Assembly: GCA_001800675.1 (NCBI GenBank)
Contig: MGVW01000005.1
Coordinates: 7,493 to 71,492 of the forward strand
Length of the DNA: 64,000 nt
DNA from: Euryarchaeota archaeon RBG_13_57_23
GTDB lineage: Archaea > Thermoplasmatota > Thermoplasmata > UBA10834
Direction of reading: 5' to 3'
In this document: in pieces, positions 39,036 through 48,786 of the stretch
How positions within the stretch are numbered: the first letter of the stretch is position 1
Layout of the letters: each line of letters begins with the position of its first letter
Notes under the pieces: model-generated
What the model was told of the DNA's origin: nothing
The model's input: the letters and a program-made list of their open reading frames with translations, nothing else
Database searches by the model: none
Made by a program: the position numbers and the translations under genes

Positions 39036-39599
39036 ATGTCAGCTCAAGGCTCGAATTGGGGGAATAGCGGTGCCGCGGGCAAGCCAGCGAACTACGTATC
39101 TCCGAAGATCGTCGCGGTGTACGGGGTGCTCACTGCGCTCACAGCGGCCATCACCTACGCATCGTATACTCCATTTTCGCCCACAAAGGGCTACTTCAAT
39201 CTCGGGGACTCGATGGTCTTCTTCTCTGCCCTCGCCTTCGGCTGGAGGGCTGGCGCAATCTGCGGAGGCATCGGCTCGGCCGCGGCGGATATTCTTCTGG
39301 GCTCGGGCATCTATGCCCCAATCACGCTCGTAGCGAAGGGGGCCGAGGGACTCGTAGCTGGAGTCATCGGCCGCATGAAAGGCGGTAAGGCTTGGGCCGT
39401 CGCACTCGGGATCGGCGCTGGCGGAGCATGCATGATAACGACATATTTCCTCGGAGAGTGGCTCCTGCTGGACGTCGGCTTGGGAAAGGCCATAGCTGAG
39501 ATCCCTATCAACATCGCCCAGGTTGTGCTAGGCGGGACCATCGGTGCGCTGCTGTCGTACTACGTCAAGAAGTCGTACCCGTCTCTGACGAAGACCTGA
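39036..39599 (+). CDS. probable ECF transporter substrate-specific S component (substrate unknown)
   Basis: 187 aa, 5-6 TM Gly-rich helices, immediately downstream of ecfA1A2T. Confidence 0.55.
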   Translation: MSAQGSNWGNSGAAGKPANYVSPKIVAVYGVLTALTAAITYASYTPFSPTKGYFNLGDSMVFFSALAFGWRAGAICGGIGSAAADILLGSGIYAPITLVAKGAEGLVAGVIGRMKGGKAWAVALGIGAGGACMITTYFLGEWLLLDVGLGKAIAEIPINIAQVVLGGTIGALLSYYVKKSYPSLTKT

Positions 39600-39604
39600 G
39601 TTGG

Positions 39605-41086
39605 CTACTTCAGCTTCGAGAGCTCCTTCTCGCCTATCTTGTCCCTAGGCAGTATCCTCTTCATCGAGCCCATCATGTGCATTCCGAAGTTCATCAGGAA
39701 AGCAGGCATCGAGATGCCGTAGCGCGTGCCCGTCTGGACCATCTTCCCGGGGTTCATGATGCCATGAGGGTCGAGGAGATCCTTCATCTTCCGGATCAGC
39801 TCGGCGCCGTTCTTCCCGCGGTACTTGCTGAGGTTGCCCGCGAAGAATATGCCCAGGCCGACCGCGCGGCCGCCGTTGTCCGAGGCGAGGTCACCCAGCC
39901 TCTTCGCGAAGCCCATCGAGGCAGTGGAAGCGACCAGCTTGTGCTCGTCTGTGAGGTAGTAGGGCATGAGCATGACCGTGTTCTGGTCCGCGACTGTGCC
40001 GATCAGGGGAGCCTTCAGCTTGAGGTCCTTGATGAGCTTAGCCGTGCCCTGGAGCACAACGTTCAGCTTGTCCATTGGTACTAGTATTTCTCCCGGAATT
40101 GCGCCAACGCCTAGCTCCCGGACCCTGAACTCATAGTTTCTCTCCTCCCACTCGTGCGTCGCCAGTTCTTGAGGTTCCTTCTTTGCTCCGGCGTTCTTCA
40201 TTATCTCGTCCAGCAGATGCTCCTCCATGTCGACCGAGGCCTTGGACCCGGTCATCATGCAGGTCACGAGGCATCCGACCTGAGGCGCGTGCTTCCCGAT
40301 TGCCCTGAGGTAATCATAGTGCAACTTGTCGCCGAACATGATGTGCATCGGCCGCACTTCAGAGCGGGCCAGCTTCACGAAAGCGGGCTGCATCTTCATG
40401 ACGTCGTCGAACGAGTATGTTAGAGGTCTCATCTCCTCCGGCTTGGGCAGGACTGAGAGGGTGATCTCGGTGATTATTCCAAAGGTGCCCTCGGCGCCGA
40501 TGAATAGCCAGTTCAGATTCGGTCCGCAGCCGTTCTGGGGCACGTACTTGTCGCCTGTGTGTATGACCTCGGTTGTGGGCAGGACGACCTCCATGTCACG
40601 GACGATGTCGCCTGCGGTACCGTACTTGTAGGCACCTATGCCCGTGCCGCCAGTACTGACCCATCCGCCAATCGTTGCGGAGGGTGCGCTGCTCGGGTAG
40701 CATGGCAGAAACAGTCCCTTGGCGTCGAGCGCGTCGGAAAGCGCCTTCCATGTGATTCCTGGTTGCACGCGGGCTATCAGGTTGACAGGGTCGATCTCGA
40801 GTATCTTGTTCATCGCGGTCATGTCGAGGACGCGGCCGCCCTTCACCGGCACGGAGCCCCCCAGGCCCCATGTGCCCGCGCCTCTGGGCACCAGAGCCAC
40901 TTTGGTCGAGATCGCCTTCGTTACCAGCTGCACGACGTCCTGTGTGTACTGCGGCCTGTCGACGTGATCAGGCATGGTCTTGAAAATCAGGTCCATCTCC
41001 TTCGGGAGTGGAGCGAGGTCGTGGCTGTACAGTCTCCTTTCCATCTTGTCGTCTGTGGTCTCCATCTTGAACACCTGCCGTGGCAC
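39605..41086 (-). CDS. FAD-linked oxidoreductase (GlcD / D-lactate dehydrogenase family)
   Basis: FAD-binding PCMH domain (ALVPRGAGTWGLGGSVP) and a C-terminal FAD-oxidase domain. Confidence 0.8.
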   Translation of the reverse strand: MPRQVFKMETTDDKMERRLYSHDLAPLPKEMDLIFKTMPDHVDRPQYTQDVVQLVTKAISTKVALVPRGAGTWGLGGSVPVKGGRVLDMTAMNKILEIDPVNLIARVQPGITWKALSDALDAKGLFLPCYPSSAPSATIGGWVSTGGTGIGAYKYGTAGDIVRDMEVVLPTTEVIHTGDKYVPQNGCGPNLNWLFIGAEGTFGIITEITLSVLPKPEEMRPLTYSFDDVMKMQPAFVKLARSEVRPMHIMFGDKLHYDYLRAIGKHAPQVGCLVTCMMTGSKASVDMEEHLLDEIMKNAGAKKEPQELATHEWEERNYEFRVRELGVGAIPGEILVPMDKLNVVLQGTAKLIKDLKLKAPLIGTVADQNTVMLMPYYLTDEHKLVASTASMGFAKRLGDLASDNGGRAVGLGIFFAGNLSKYRGKNGAELIRKMKDLLDPHGIMNPGKMVQTGTRYGISMPAFLMNFGMHMMGSMKRILPRDKIGEKELSKLK

Positions 41087-41292
41087 GATGTGTGTGAGGC
41101 CGGAGAGCCTCCCCCGCGGATGGTAACCTCTGCACCCAATTAAATCCTTACGTCATAACACCGACAAGGGCCCTGTGAACAGCGCCAGGATTCGTCGTCG
41201 CGCCTCGGGTTCACATCGAAACGTTCTTATCGGTGGGGGGAGTGAACAGTACCTCGCTTTAGACGAATTCTCGTCAGAAGAGGGGGCGGAAA

Positions 41293-42162
41293 ATGCAGAC
41301 CACACTCAGATTGTTGGCGCTCTTCGGCGCGCTAATAGGGCTCTTCATGGTAATCGGTTGGGTAATCGGAGGCCTGCTCTTCGAAGATTGGATAACAGGC
41401 ACGATAATCTTCGCTGCGCTGGCGGCGGTGATCAATTTCGTGAGCTACTTCTACAGCCACAAGATTGTGATGTGGTCGTACAAGGCGAGAGTCGTCACGC
41501 AGGCCGAGGCACCGAGGCTGTACAATGTGGTTAACAAGGTCTGCCTGAAGGCCAACATGCCTATGCCAAAGATCGCTATCGTCCCGACGCAGACCCCCAA
41601 CGCGTTTGCTACTGGCCGGAACGAGAAGACTGCGGTGGTCGCCGCCACCGAGGGCCTGCTCTCGATGCTGACGGATGATGAGTTGGAGGGAGTCCTAGCG
41701 CACGAGATGGCTCACATCAAGGACAAGGACATGCTCCTGATGACCGTCGCGGCAACGATAGCTGGTGCGATATCCATCGCCGCTCGAATGGCGTGGTTCG
41801 GATCAATGGGCAGCAGAAGGGGCAACGGGAATGCCATCCTCTTGCTGGTCGTAGCTATCACGGTCCCCATCGCGGCGCTGCTGATCAGGCTGGCGATCTC
41901 AAGGAATCGGGAGTACAAGGCCGACAGAGAGGGCGCGATCATGATTCAGAGGCCCTTGGCGCTCGCGCGCGCCCTCGAGAAGCTTGAAGAGGGCAACAGG
42001 CGGAGGCCACTCGCACATGGTAGCCCGGCTTCTGCATCGCTGTTCATAGTCAACCCGTTCAGAGGGAGCGGGCTGATGACTGTCTTCATGACCCACCCAC
42101 CGATGGCGACCCGCGTCAGAAAGCTGGAGCAGCTGGCCGATGAGACCGGGTTCATAGGATGA
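41293..42162 (+). CDS. htpX: M48 zinc metalloprotease HtpX
   Basis: HEMAHIKDKD (HExxH) and four TM segments. Confidence 0.85.
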   Translation: MQTTLRLLALFGALIGLFMVIGWVIGGLLFEDWITGTIIFAALAAVINFVSYFYSHKIVMWSYKARVVTQAEAPRLYNVVNKVCLKANMPMPKIAIVPTQTPNAFATGRNEKTAVVAATEGLLSMLTDDELEGVLAHEMAHIKDKDMLLMTVAATIAGAISIAARMAWFGSMGSRRGNGNAILLLVVAITVPIAALLIRLAISRNREYKADREGAIMIQRPLALARALEKLEEGNRRRPLAHGSPASASLFIVNPFRGSGLMTVFMTHPPMATRVRKLEQLADETGFIG

Positions 42163-42195
42163 CTTCAGAAACCTCTTCCGCTCTTCCTTCAATCC

Positions 42196-42777
42196 TCATA
42201 GATTCTTGACCATCAGCACGTCATCGTGGTATTCCTTGCCTTCTTTGTTCGCCCTCGGGACGCGACCCACTTCGACGAACCCGAATCTCCTATAGAGCGC
42301 CAGCGCCTTCTCGTTGTAGGCAAATGCCTTGATGTGGAGCATCTCAAGGCCACGCATGCGTTTGCGCGCCAGCTCGATGGTTTTCGTCATCAGCGTCTCT
42401 CCCACCCCTTTTCCGCGGATCTCGCGACTGAGGGCGATGCCGAGGTTCGCCACGTGCGAGCTCTTCCAAGGCAGGCGGTTGATATCGCAGTTGCCCATGA
42501 TCTCCCCGTCCACATCGACGAGGAGCATCACTCCCTTCCTCTTGCGGATATCCGCTAGCACTCCTCTCAGCCATGCCTTCTCCTCATCTAGACCAACTCT
42601 TTCGTTTATGAGAATGCCAGACCTCTTCTCCGTCACGAAAGCGTTTATGAACTTCATGAGCTGCGCTGCGTCCCTCGGGCTCGGCTCCCTGAAAAGAACA
42701 TGCGTGCCATCTCTCGCAGTGAATCTGAAAGCGACCACGCCCCAGAAAAATGCTAGTAGGTGAAGAAGTTTGCGCAA
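42196..42777 (-). CDS. GNAT family N-acetyltransferase
   Basis: Acetyl-CoA binding motif IRGKGVGETLM. Confidence 0.75.
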   Translation of the reverse strand: MRKLLHLLAFFWGVVAFRFTARDGTHVLFREPSPRDAAQLMKFINAFVTEKRSGILINERVGLDEEKAWLRGVLADIRKRKGVMLLVDVDGEIMGNCDINRLPWKSSHVANLGIALSREIRGKGVGETLMTKTIELARKRMRGLEMLHIKAFAYNEKALALYRRFGFVEVGRVPRANKEGKEYHDDVLMVKNL

Positions 42778-42784
42778 GGCCGCG

Positions 42785-44077
42785 CTAGCCGACCTTCTCC
42801 CATTTCTCTAGTTTCATGACGCTCGACAGAGTGCCGCCTTTCTTGATCTCCTCTCGCAGTCTGTTCTCTCGCTCCAGGACGTCCAAGGCCCTGTTCGCGA
42901 CCTCGACCGCGCTCTCCTGGGAGACAACCACGACCCCGCTCTCGTCGCCGATAATCCAGTCGCCCGACATGACCGTGATGCCGCCGCAGACTATCTCGTG
43001 GCCTATCCCGCCGTAACCCTTCGGCTCTCCTGCGTTCGATGCGATGTGTCTCGAGAAGCACGGGAAGCCCAGCTCGATGATGGAGTCGATGTCCCGGGCC
43101 GCCCCGTCGATGACGACCCCAGCCACTCTCTTGGTCTTGCAGCTCCATGATGCTAGCTCGCCCCAGACCGCGATATCGCCGCCGCAGGCGTCGATGACTA
43201 TCACGTCTCCTGGCTTCGCTCTGTCGATGGCCTCGACGGGTTTTGCCCAGTCTCCGTTGATGGTGTGTACCGTGAGTGCCTTCCCGACCATCTTCACACC
43301 GTGAGCAATCCTGGGATGGATGCCCTTCATCGCCCCCTTCTTGTGCTGGGCGTCCGCGACATTTGGGGAAGATACCTTTGAGAACGCGATGAACAAGTCT
43401 TTCTCGGAGTATTTCTTGAACAGCTCCGACCTGACCTTCTTGCGGCTCGTGATGGCCTTCTTCACGTTCCTTGCGGCCTTCGCAACGTCTTTGGCCTTGA
43501 TGATGGCGCCTCCGACGATTATGATAGAAGCCCCTGCCCGGAGAACATCTGGAGCTGTCTCGCTGTTTATCCCGCCAGCCGCCGCGATCGGTATCCCGAC
43601 GGCGTCTACAAGCCCCTTGAGTTCGGACAGAGGCGTGCCTCCGACCATCTGCTCGTCGACCCCGACATGTATGCAGATGTAGTCTGCACCCATCTTCTCG
43701 ATCTCCTTTGCTCGCGCCGCCTTGTCTCTCACGTTGAAGAGATCGACCATGACCTTGGAGCCGTACTGCCGCGCGCTGAGTACCGCTTCAGTTATCGTGG
43801 GGTCTGAGGATATTCCCAATATTACAACGACATCTGCCCCGGACTTGGCTGCCATCTCGACCTCCGCACCACCAACATCGATGGTCTTCATGTCCGCAAC
43901 GATTGTGTGGGTCGGAAATGTCTTCTTGAGTAGCCTGACTATCTCCATTCCCTCGCTCTTGATCAAGGGCGTGCCGGCCTCTATCCAGTCAACTCCTCCT
44001 TTGACTGCGTCTCTGGCAATCTCGATTGCGCGGTCCCCGTGGACGAGGTCGAGTGCTACCTGCAGGACGGGCTTCAT
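42785..44077 (-). CDS. bifunctional 3-hexulose-6-phosphate synthase (OMPDC-fold) / RraA-MenG-like domain fusion protein
   Basis: The N-terminus MKPVLQVALDL...TIVADMKTIDVGG matches HPS (HxlA). The C-terminal 200 aa (GDVIVIDACGGD...VWGELAS...VAGVVIDGAARD...LGFPCF) matches the RraA/DlpA family. Confidence 0.8.
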   Translation of the reverse strand: MKPVLQVALDLVHGDRAIEIARDAVKGGVDWIEAGTPLIKSEGMEIVRLLKKTFPTHTIVADMKTIDVGGAEVEMAAKSGADVVVILGISSDPTITEAVLSARQYGSKVMVDLFNVRDKAARAKEIEKMGADYICIHVGVDEQMVGGTPLSELKGLVDAVGIPIAAAGGINSETAPDVLRAGASIIIVGGAIIKAKDVAKAARNVKKAITSRKKVRSELFKKYSEKDLFIAFSKVSSPNVADAQHKKGAMKGIHPRIAHGVKMVGKALTVHTINGDWAKPVEAIDRAKPGDVIVIDACGGDIAVWGELASWSCKTKRVAGVVIDGAARDIDSIIELGFPCFSRHIASNAGEPKGYGGIGHEIVCGGITVMSGDWIIGDESGVVVVSQESAVEVANRALDVLERENRLREEIKKGGTLSSVMKLEKWEKVG

Positions 44078-44200
44078 CTTCGTTAAGACCTCTGTGCACC
44101 GATAAAAACGTGTCGCACATGCTCACTGACCTGTGCAGACGGTGTCTGCATTTCAGCGTAAGAAACTCTAATATCGGTTCCACTGCATACTCGAAGAGCG

Positions 44201-44950
44201 ATGGCAACCAAGATTGCCGAGAGGGACCGCTGCGTCACGGGCGTCGAGGGCCTCGACACCATCCTCTATGGCGGGATTCCCCGGTCCAACACAGTCCTCC
44301 TGACTGGCAGCTGCGGTACTGGGAAGACATCTCTGGCGCTCGAGTTCCTGATGCACGGGGCCGTCAAGGGCGAGAACTCTCTGTTCGTGAGCGTCACCGA
44401 GAATTCAGAGAAGCTGTTGCAGAACATCATACCATACAAGTTCTTCGACAAGAGCCTCATCAAGTCCGGCCGGCTCGTTTTCGTGGATATGCCTGTGATG
44501 TATGAGCGCCTCGGCCTCACGAAGGCCGAGCTGAGCATGGAGGAGATCGAGCTGCTGGTCAACTCGCTCGCGAGCCTGGCCAAGGAGCTCCAGGCCAAGC
44601 GTCTGGTGATGGACTCCATCACATCGGTCTGCTACAAGCTGAAGACTTCGGAGAAGATCAGGGATTTCATCCTGAAGCTGTCCAAGGCCTTGTCAGACCT
44701 CGGGTGCACTTCGATACTGGTGGGAGAAGTGACCGCCGATTCCACTTCATACTCCACATTCGGGGTAGAAGAGGCCATCGCAGATGGCATCATACTCATG
44801 GCGAACATGGAGAGGCGCGGGGACCTCCTCCGGACGCTCCAAGTGATAAAGATGCGTGGCACGATGCACTCTCGGGCCAAGTACGTGCTAGACCTCACGC
44901 CGGTTGGTGTTCTCTTGGTTCCGCTCCTGAAAGGAGGTAGCACAGGATGA
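44201..44950 (+). CDS. KaiC-like RecA-superfamily ATPase, paralog 1 (intact P-loop)
   Basis: GVEGLDTILYGGIPRSNTVLLTGSCGTGKTSLALEF and Walker B RLVMDSITS. Confidence 0.8.
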   Translation: MATKIAERDRCVTGVEGLDTILYGGIPRSNTVLLTGSCGTGKTSLALEFLMHGAVKGENSLFVSVTENSEKLLQNIIPYKFFDKSLIKSGRLVFVDMPVMYERLGLTKAELSMEEIELLVNSLASLAKELQAKRLVMDSITSVCYKLKTSEKIRDFILKLSKALSDLGCTSILVGEVTADSTSYSTFGVEEAIADGIILMANMERRGDLLRTLQVIKMRGTMHSRAKYVLDLTPVGVLLVPLLKGGSTG

Positions 44951-45540
44951 GCCCGGAGATGGTGAGCGCCCAGCAGATCGCCTCGGAATTGAACGAGACG
45001 CCACCCTCGTCCGCCATATCGCTTCAGATGAGTGTGGACAACTACCTGGATGTTATCCGCGGAGTCGTCGACCTGTTCGCGAACAAGAAGCAGATGGACA
45101 CGATCTATGTCGCCGCGACGATCTCATCGGACGCGATCAAGCGGGTGCTCCAGGCGCTGGACATCGACGACTCGCGAGTGTACTTCGTGGACTGCATCTC
45201 GCACATCATGATGGGCGCGACCGCAACTCAACAGGACGAGCAGACGACGTTGGTCGAGAGCCCGACGATGCTCGAGAACATCATGCTGAAGGTCGAGTAC
45301 CTCATCCGCAGGTCGCAGTCGAAGGACAAGCTGGTCGTCATAGACTCCATCAATTCGCTGGCAATCCACAACAACAACTGGATCCTGTCCGAGTTCCTGC
45401 ACGTTCTGGTCTCCGGGCTGAGGTCCAGGGATGCGTACACCGTCATACTCACCGTGGAGGAGCACTCGACCCCAGAGCTGAACAACATGGTGAGCCTCGT
45501 GTGCGACCACGGCATACACGCGGGCAAGAAGGAGGGATGA
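44947..45540 (+). CDS. RecA/KaiC-fold paralog 2 lacking a Walker A P-loop (predicted inactive ATPase)
   Basis: ATGA overlap with paralog 1. Retains a Walker B-like KLVVIDSINSL, but the P-loop position reads TIYVAATISSDA with no GxxGxGK[ST]. Confidence 0.6.
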   Translation: MSPEMVSAQQIASELNETPPSSAISLQMSVDNYLDVIRGVVDLFANKKQMDTIYVAATISSDAIKRVLQALDIDDSRVYFVDCISHIMMGATATQQDEQTTLVESPTMLENIMLKVEYLIRRSQSKDKLVVIDSINSLAIHNNNWILSEFLHVLVSGLRSRDAYTVILTVEEHSTPELNNMVSLVCDHGIHAGKKEG

Positions 45541-46277
45541 TGATGAGCTTTACCAGCATCGGGATACCAGCTCTTGACGAACACCTAGGAGGAGGGATAC
45601 AGAAGGGCTCCACGGTACTGGTCATGGGCAGCCCGGGCTCGGGCACGGAGTTCTTCGCGAAACAGTTCGCCTCGACTGGTCGGGAGGCCGTGACATACTT
45701 CACATCGACCGAGCGGGATGAGGATGTCCTGTCGGTCATGCGCGAGTACGGGTGGAGAACGGACATGAAGATAATCAACGTGGGCACGAAGTATTACGAG
45801 CGCGTGCTCGCGAAGAAGCTCGAGATCAGCAGGTTCAGGCAGGAGGGGATCACCCTCGGGGATATCAGGAAATTCAAGGAGGCGGACGCCGCGAAGGAGG
45901 AGAACTTCCTGACGTTCCTCGCGTACGAGATCTCGAAACTCAGCCCGCCGTTCCGGGTCGTCATCAATTCCTTGGACTTCTTCCTCGAGAACTACGAGAG
46001 CTCCGAAGTGCTCATGGCTATGCGGACGATCAAGGCGCACACGCAGCACTCAGAGAGCGTGACGCTCATGACGATGCTCAAGGGAGTGCACGATTCCCGC
46101 ATTCAGAGCAGCATTGAGGATTTATCAGATGTGATAATAGAGTTGGACCGCGATAAGGTCGGCCACGAGTTCAAGAAGTACATCATTGTCCAAAAAGTGA
46201 GGAACAAGCCCTCACAGGTGGGCATCATACCGGCGGTCTACGACAGGACGGGGATTCGGCCTGCACAGGTAACTTAG
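45537..46277 (+). CDS. KaiC-like paralog 3 with degenerate P-loop (GSPGSGTE; Lys and Thr replaced)
   Basis: ATGA overlap with paralog 2 and an SD AAGGAGGGA upstream. IPALDEHLGGGIQKGSTVLVMGSPGSGTEFFAKQF. Confidence 0.7.
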   Translation: MMMSFTSIGIPALDEHLGGGIQKGSTVLVMGSPGSGTEFFAKQFASTGREAVTYFTSTERDEDVLSVMREYGWRTDMKIINVGTKYYERVLAKKLEISRFRQEGITLGDIRKFKEADAAKEENFLTFLAYEISKLSPPFRVVINSLDFFLENYESSEVLMAMRTIKAHTQHSESVTLMTMLKGVHDSRIQSSIEDLSDVIIELDRDKVGHEFKKYIIVQKVRNKPSQVGIIPAVYDRTGIRPAQVT

Positions 46278-46442
46278 GTCAGTAGTCGCTTTTCCGGGAA
46301 TTGTTGTCGTTTCTTGCCGAAGTGTCTCTTGAACAAGAAGACTACGTCTTCTTGCTCTGGCCAGCAAATGCGACATAGCCAGATGCATCGCTTCGACAAT
46401 CGGCGAAATGGTTAACACTCAATTCTGATAATCGGCCGAAAA

Positions 46443-46452
46443 GGTATATAAA
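46443..46452 (+). promoter_or_regulatory. BRE/TATA promoter (CGAAAAGGTATATAAAC) for the pilin-like gene
   Basis: Consensus archaeal TATA about 58 nt upstream of the ATG at 46511, with an SD GCAGGAGGA at 46496-46504. Confidence 0.45.
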
Positions 46453-46510
46453 CTCAGCTCGGGCGTATTACAGTCCAAGCGGGCCGAAAGGTCCGCAGGA
46501 GGACTAAACA

Positions 46511-47041
46511 ATGAAGAAGATTTGGGCAATCCGAAAGGATGCCGAGGCGGTGTCCCCCGTCATTGCGACCATCCTGATGGTCGCGATCACCGTCGTTCTA
46601 GCGGCCGTGCTATATGTCATGGTCCTGGGCTTCGGAGGGACATCGACGACGACCCCAGCCGCGACTTATTCGAAGATGACCGCAACCAACGGTCAGAGGA
46701 TCAACATCGTGTCAATAACGAAGACAGATGTCCCGTGGGATGACATAAAGGTGCAGCTGTCTGACGGAACCAACTTCGCTGAGTGGGATACTGCCACAAC
46801 GGACTTGGACGGCGGATCTGCGCTCACGCACAACTACACAACCGACACCCTGGGTACACTGACAGTGTGTCTCCTCGTGACCGATATAGGTGGCAATGGA
46901 TTCGTGAGTGGCACTGACTACTTCGTCGTGTACACCTACGGTGGCGCAACCGGCTTCGTAGCTGGCACAACCTACAGTGCAGCGCTGGTTTACACGGTCA
47001 CTGGCGAAAAGATTGGCACGGGTCAGACCTTCACGACCTAG
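46511..47041 (+). CDS. archaeal type IV pilin-like protein (class III signal peptide, Pilin_N/DUF1628-type N-terminus)
   Basis: MKKIWAIRKDAEAVSPVIATILMVAITVVLAAVLYVMVLGF matches the archaeal pilin N-terminal domain consensus (..GVSPVIGVILMVAITVILAA..). Thr/Gly-rich beta-rich C-terminal part. Confidence 0.75.
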   Translation: MKKIWAIRKDAEAVSPVIATILMVAITVVLAAVLYVMVLGFGGTSTTTPAATYSKMTATNGQRINIVSITKTDVPWDDIKVQLSDGTNFAEWDTATTDLDGGSALTHNYTTDTLGTLTVCLLVTDIGGNGFVSGTDYFVVYTYGGATGFVAGTTYSAALVYTVTGEKIGTGQTFTT

Positions 47042-47168
47042 ACCAATTGTTGCAACCAGCGGTTGGACTGAGCACAAACCCTTTCCTTCACTTTTCATTC
47101 TCTGATGCTGGCGGAAGCCACGTCCTTTTCGCTAGTGCCCTTCGAGGGAAAGTGATATCACCGCCCAA

Positions 47169-47420
47169 GTGATGGCTCTCTCGATGAACGGCAGCGACGG
47201 TCCGCTGGCGATGAACGGCGAAGAGGCCGAGAAGTTCGTGATATCCCTGCTGAGGGAGAGGGGGCCGCTCTCGACCATGCAGATCGAGCGGCTCGCTCGG
47301 AAGGAGCACAAGCGTTGCCCCGACCAGACGGTCATCTTTCTCACGAAGATGAAGCGAAAAGGCCTCATAAAGGGGGAGGCCTCTCTCGAGAAGAGGGGTT
47401 GGCTCTGGTGGGCCGCCTGA
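47169..47420 (+). CDS. small winged-helix DNA-binding protein
   Basis: 83 aa; ISLLRERGPLSTMQIERLARKE...VIFLTKMKRKGLIKGE resembles a PadR/MarR-like wHTH. An overlapping antisense ORF was rejected. Confidence 0.5.
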   Translation: MMALSMNGSDGPLAMNGEEAEKFVISLLRERGPLSTMQIERLARKEHKRCPDQTVIFLTKMKRKGLIKGEASLEKRGWLWWAA

Positions 47421-47432
47421 GCAGAACCTATG

Positions 47433-47855
47433 TCAGTACAGCATCACCGAGGTCTTCGCCAACTGGTCCGACCACTTCTGTCTGGGGTCCTGTGTGTCTA
47501 TCGCCATGCCGATGATCCAGTCGAGGAGCAGGAGCGGCCAGAATATCTTGGAGATGTTCCTGAGCAAGGCCTGGGCTATGTCAAGCTTCCCCGAGAGCGC
47601 GACAACCTTGAGCCTCATCAGCATCTTGCCTACCGTGCCGCCGATGACGTACTCGAAGAACGCGCAATAGAGGAAGAACGCGGCTCCAGGAATCCCTATG
47701 AACATGAAGGAAAACCAAGCGATGCTCAGCACGCTGAAGAATACCATGAAGGGGATCCATATGACCAGCCAGTCGATGACTATGGCTACGAAGCGCCTCA
47801 GCCAGTGCTCCTGGAGTGCCTTGTCCTTGCTAAGGTAATCAAACCCTGTTACCAT
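47433..47855 (-). CDS. RDD-family membrane protein
   Basis: 140 aa, 3 TM, RDD-domain pattern (R..A..IDW...). Confidence 0.7.
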   Translation of the reverse strand: MVTGFDYLSKDKALQEHWLRRFVAIVIDWLVIWIPFMVFFSVLSIAWFSFMFIGIPGAAFFLYCAFFEYVIGGTVGKMLMRLKVVALSGKLDIAQALLRNISKIFWPLLLLDWIIGMAIDTQDPRQKWSDQLAKTSVMLY

Positions 47856-48070
47856 GGTTCTACGACTCCGATGTCTCTCGGATGCCTCGCGCCTCTATAT
47901 TACTTTCTGGGGCAGCGGCCACTCAGATCGCCCGTCTTTCATCACAGGTCAGCAGGAATGTTCTCTTCACGGTGGCGGACGCATATCTACGCTTTACCTT
48001 AAGAATAGTGAGGCCAGATTCGCGTGTTCCTCCCCTATTCCTATATACTGGCTCGGCCACTCTTGTGCCG

Positions 48071-48616
48071 ATGTCAGCGCTGAGGCTCTACGCTCTCCTC
48101 GAGCATGAGGACGACCCGAAGAAGTGCACTGCGGCGAAACTTGTGCGGCTCGGGGAGATATCGGAAGTCAAGGGGCTGGGGCGGGTGCCAAGACGCATCA
48201 TCGTGCTCGACCCAGAATCAGAGAAAGCCCTGTCCAGGGAGGACGTGGAGTCGGCGGAGCGCTTCGGGGTCCTCGTCCTAGATTGTTCATGGAACAAGCT
48301 CACCAAGTTCCCGAGGCTCAGAGCAGGGATGCAGCACAGGGCATTGCCGTTCATGATCGCCGCGAACCCGACCAACTTCGGAAAGGCCCAGAAGCTCTCG
48401 AGTGCGGAGGCTCTTGCGGCTGCAGCCTACATTCTGGGAGATAGGGCACGCGCAGAGCAGTTGATGAGTAGATTCAAGTGGGGGCCAACATTCATCGATA
48501 TCAACAGAGAAAGACTAGAGGAGTACGCGGCGGCGGCCACGAGCGGAGAGGTTGTGTCCGTGCAGAACCGTATGCTAGATGCAGCCAAAAGGAGCAAAGA
48601 TGCGCACACCGACTAG
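48071..48616 (+). CDS. tsr3: 16S rRNA aminocarboxypropyltransferase Tsr3 (DUF367)
   Basis: LEHEDDPKKCTAAKL and VLDCSWNKL motifs. Start refined to ATG at 48071. Confidence 0.8.
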   Translation: MSALRLYALLEHEDDPKKCTAAKLVRLGEISEVKGLGRVPRRIIVLDPESEKALSREDVESAERFGVLVLDCSWNKLTKFPRLRAGMQHRALPFMIAANPTNFGKAQKLSSAEALAAAAYILGDRARAEQLMSRFKWGPTFIDINRERLEEYAAAATSGEVVSVQNRMLDAAKRSKDAHTD

Positions 48617-48786
48617 TCTTATGTATCACATTGTCGATTCCCTTTCCCCTTTTCCCAAAGACTTCGTCAAGGGGGAGGGCATCGACTTTGATTTGCGGGG
48701 GGAACTGAACGCCTAAGGAGTACACGCCCGAGGACCTTGTCGCCATCTGGGAGGAGTTCCTCGGTGGGCAGGAGCGGAGACACCAG

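Noticed and set aside
41175-41534. 119-aa plus-strand ORF upstream of and into htpX
   Set aside because: Overlaps the htpX start in another frame; Arg-rich with no homology features.
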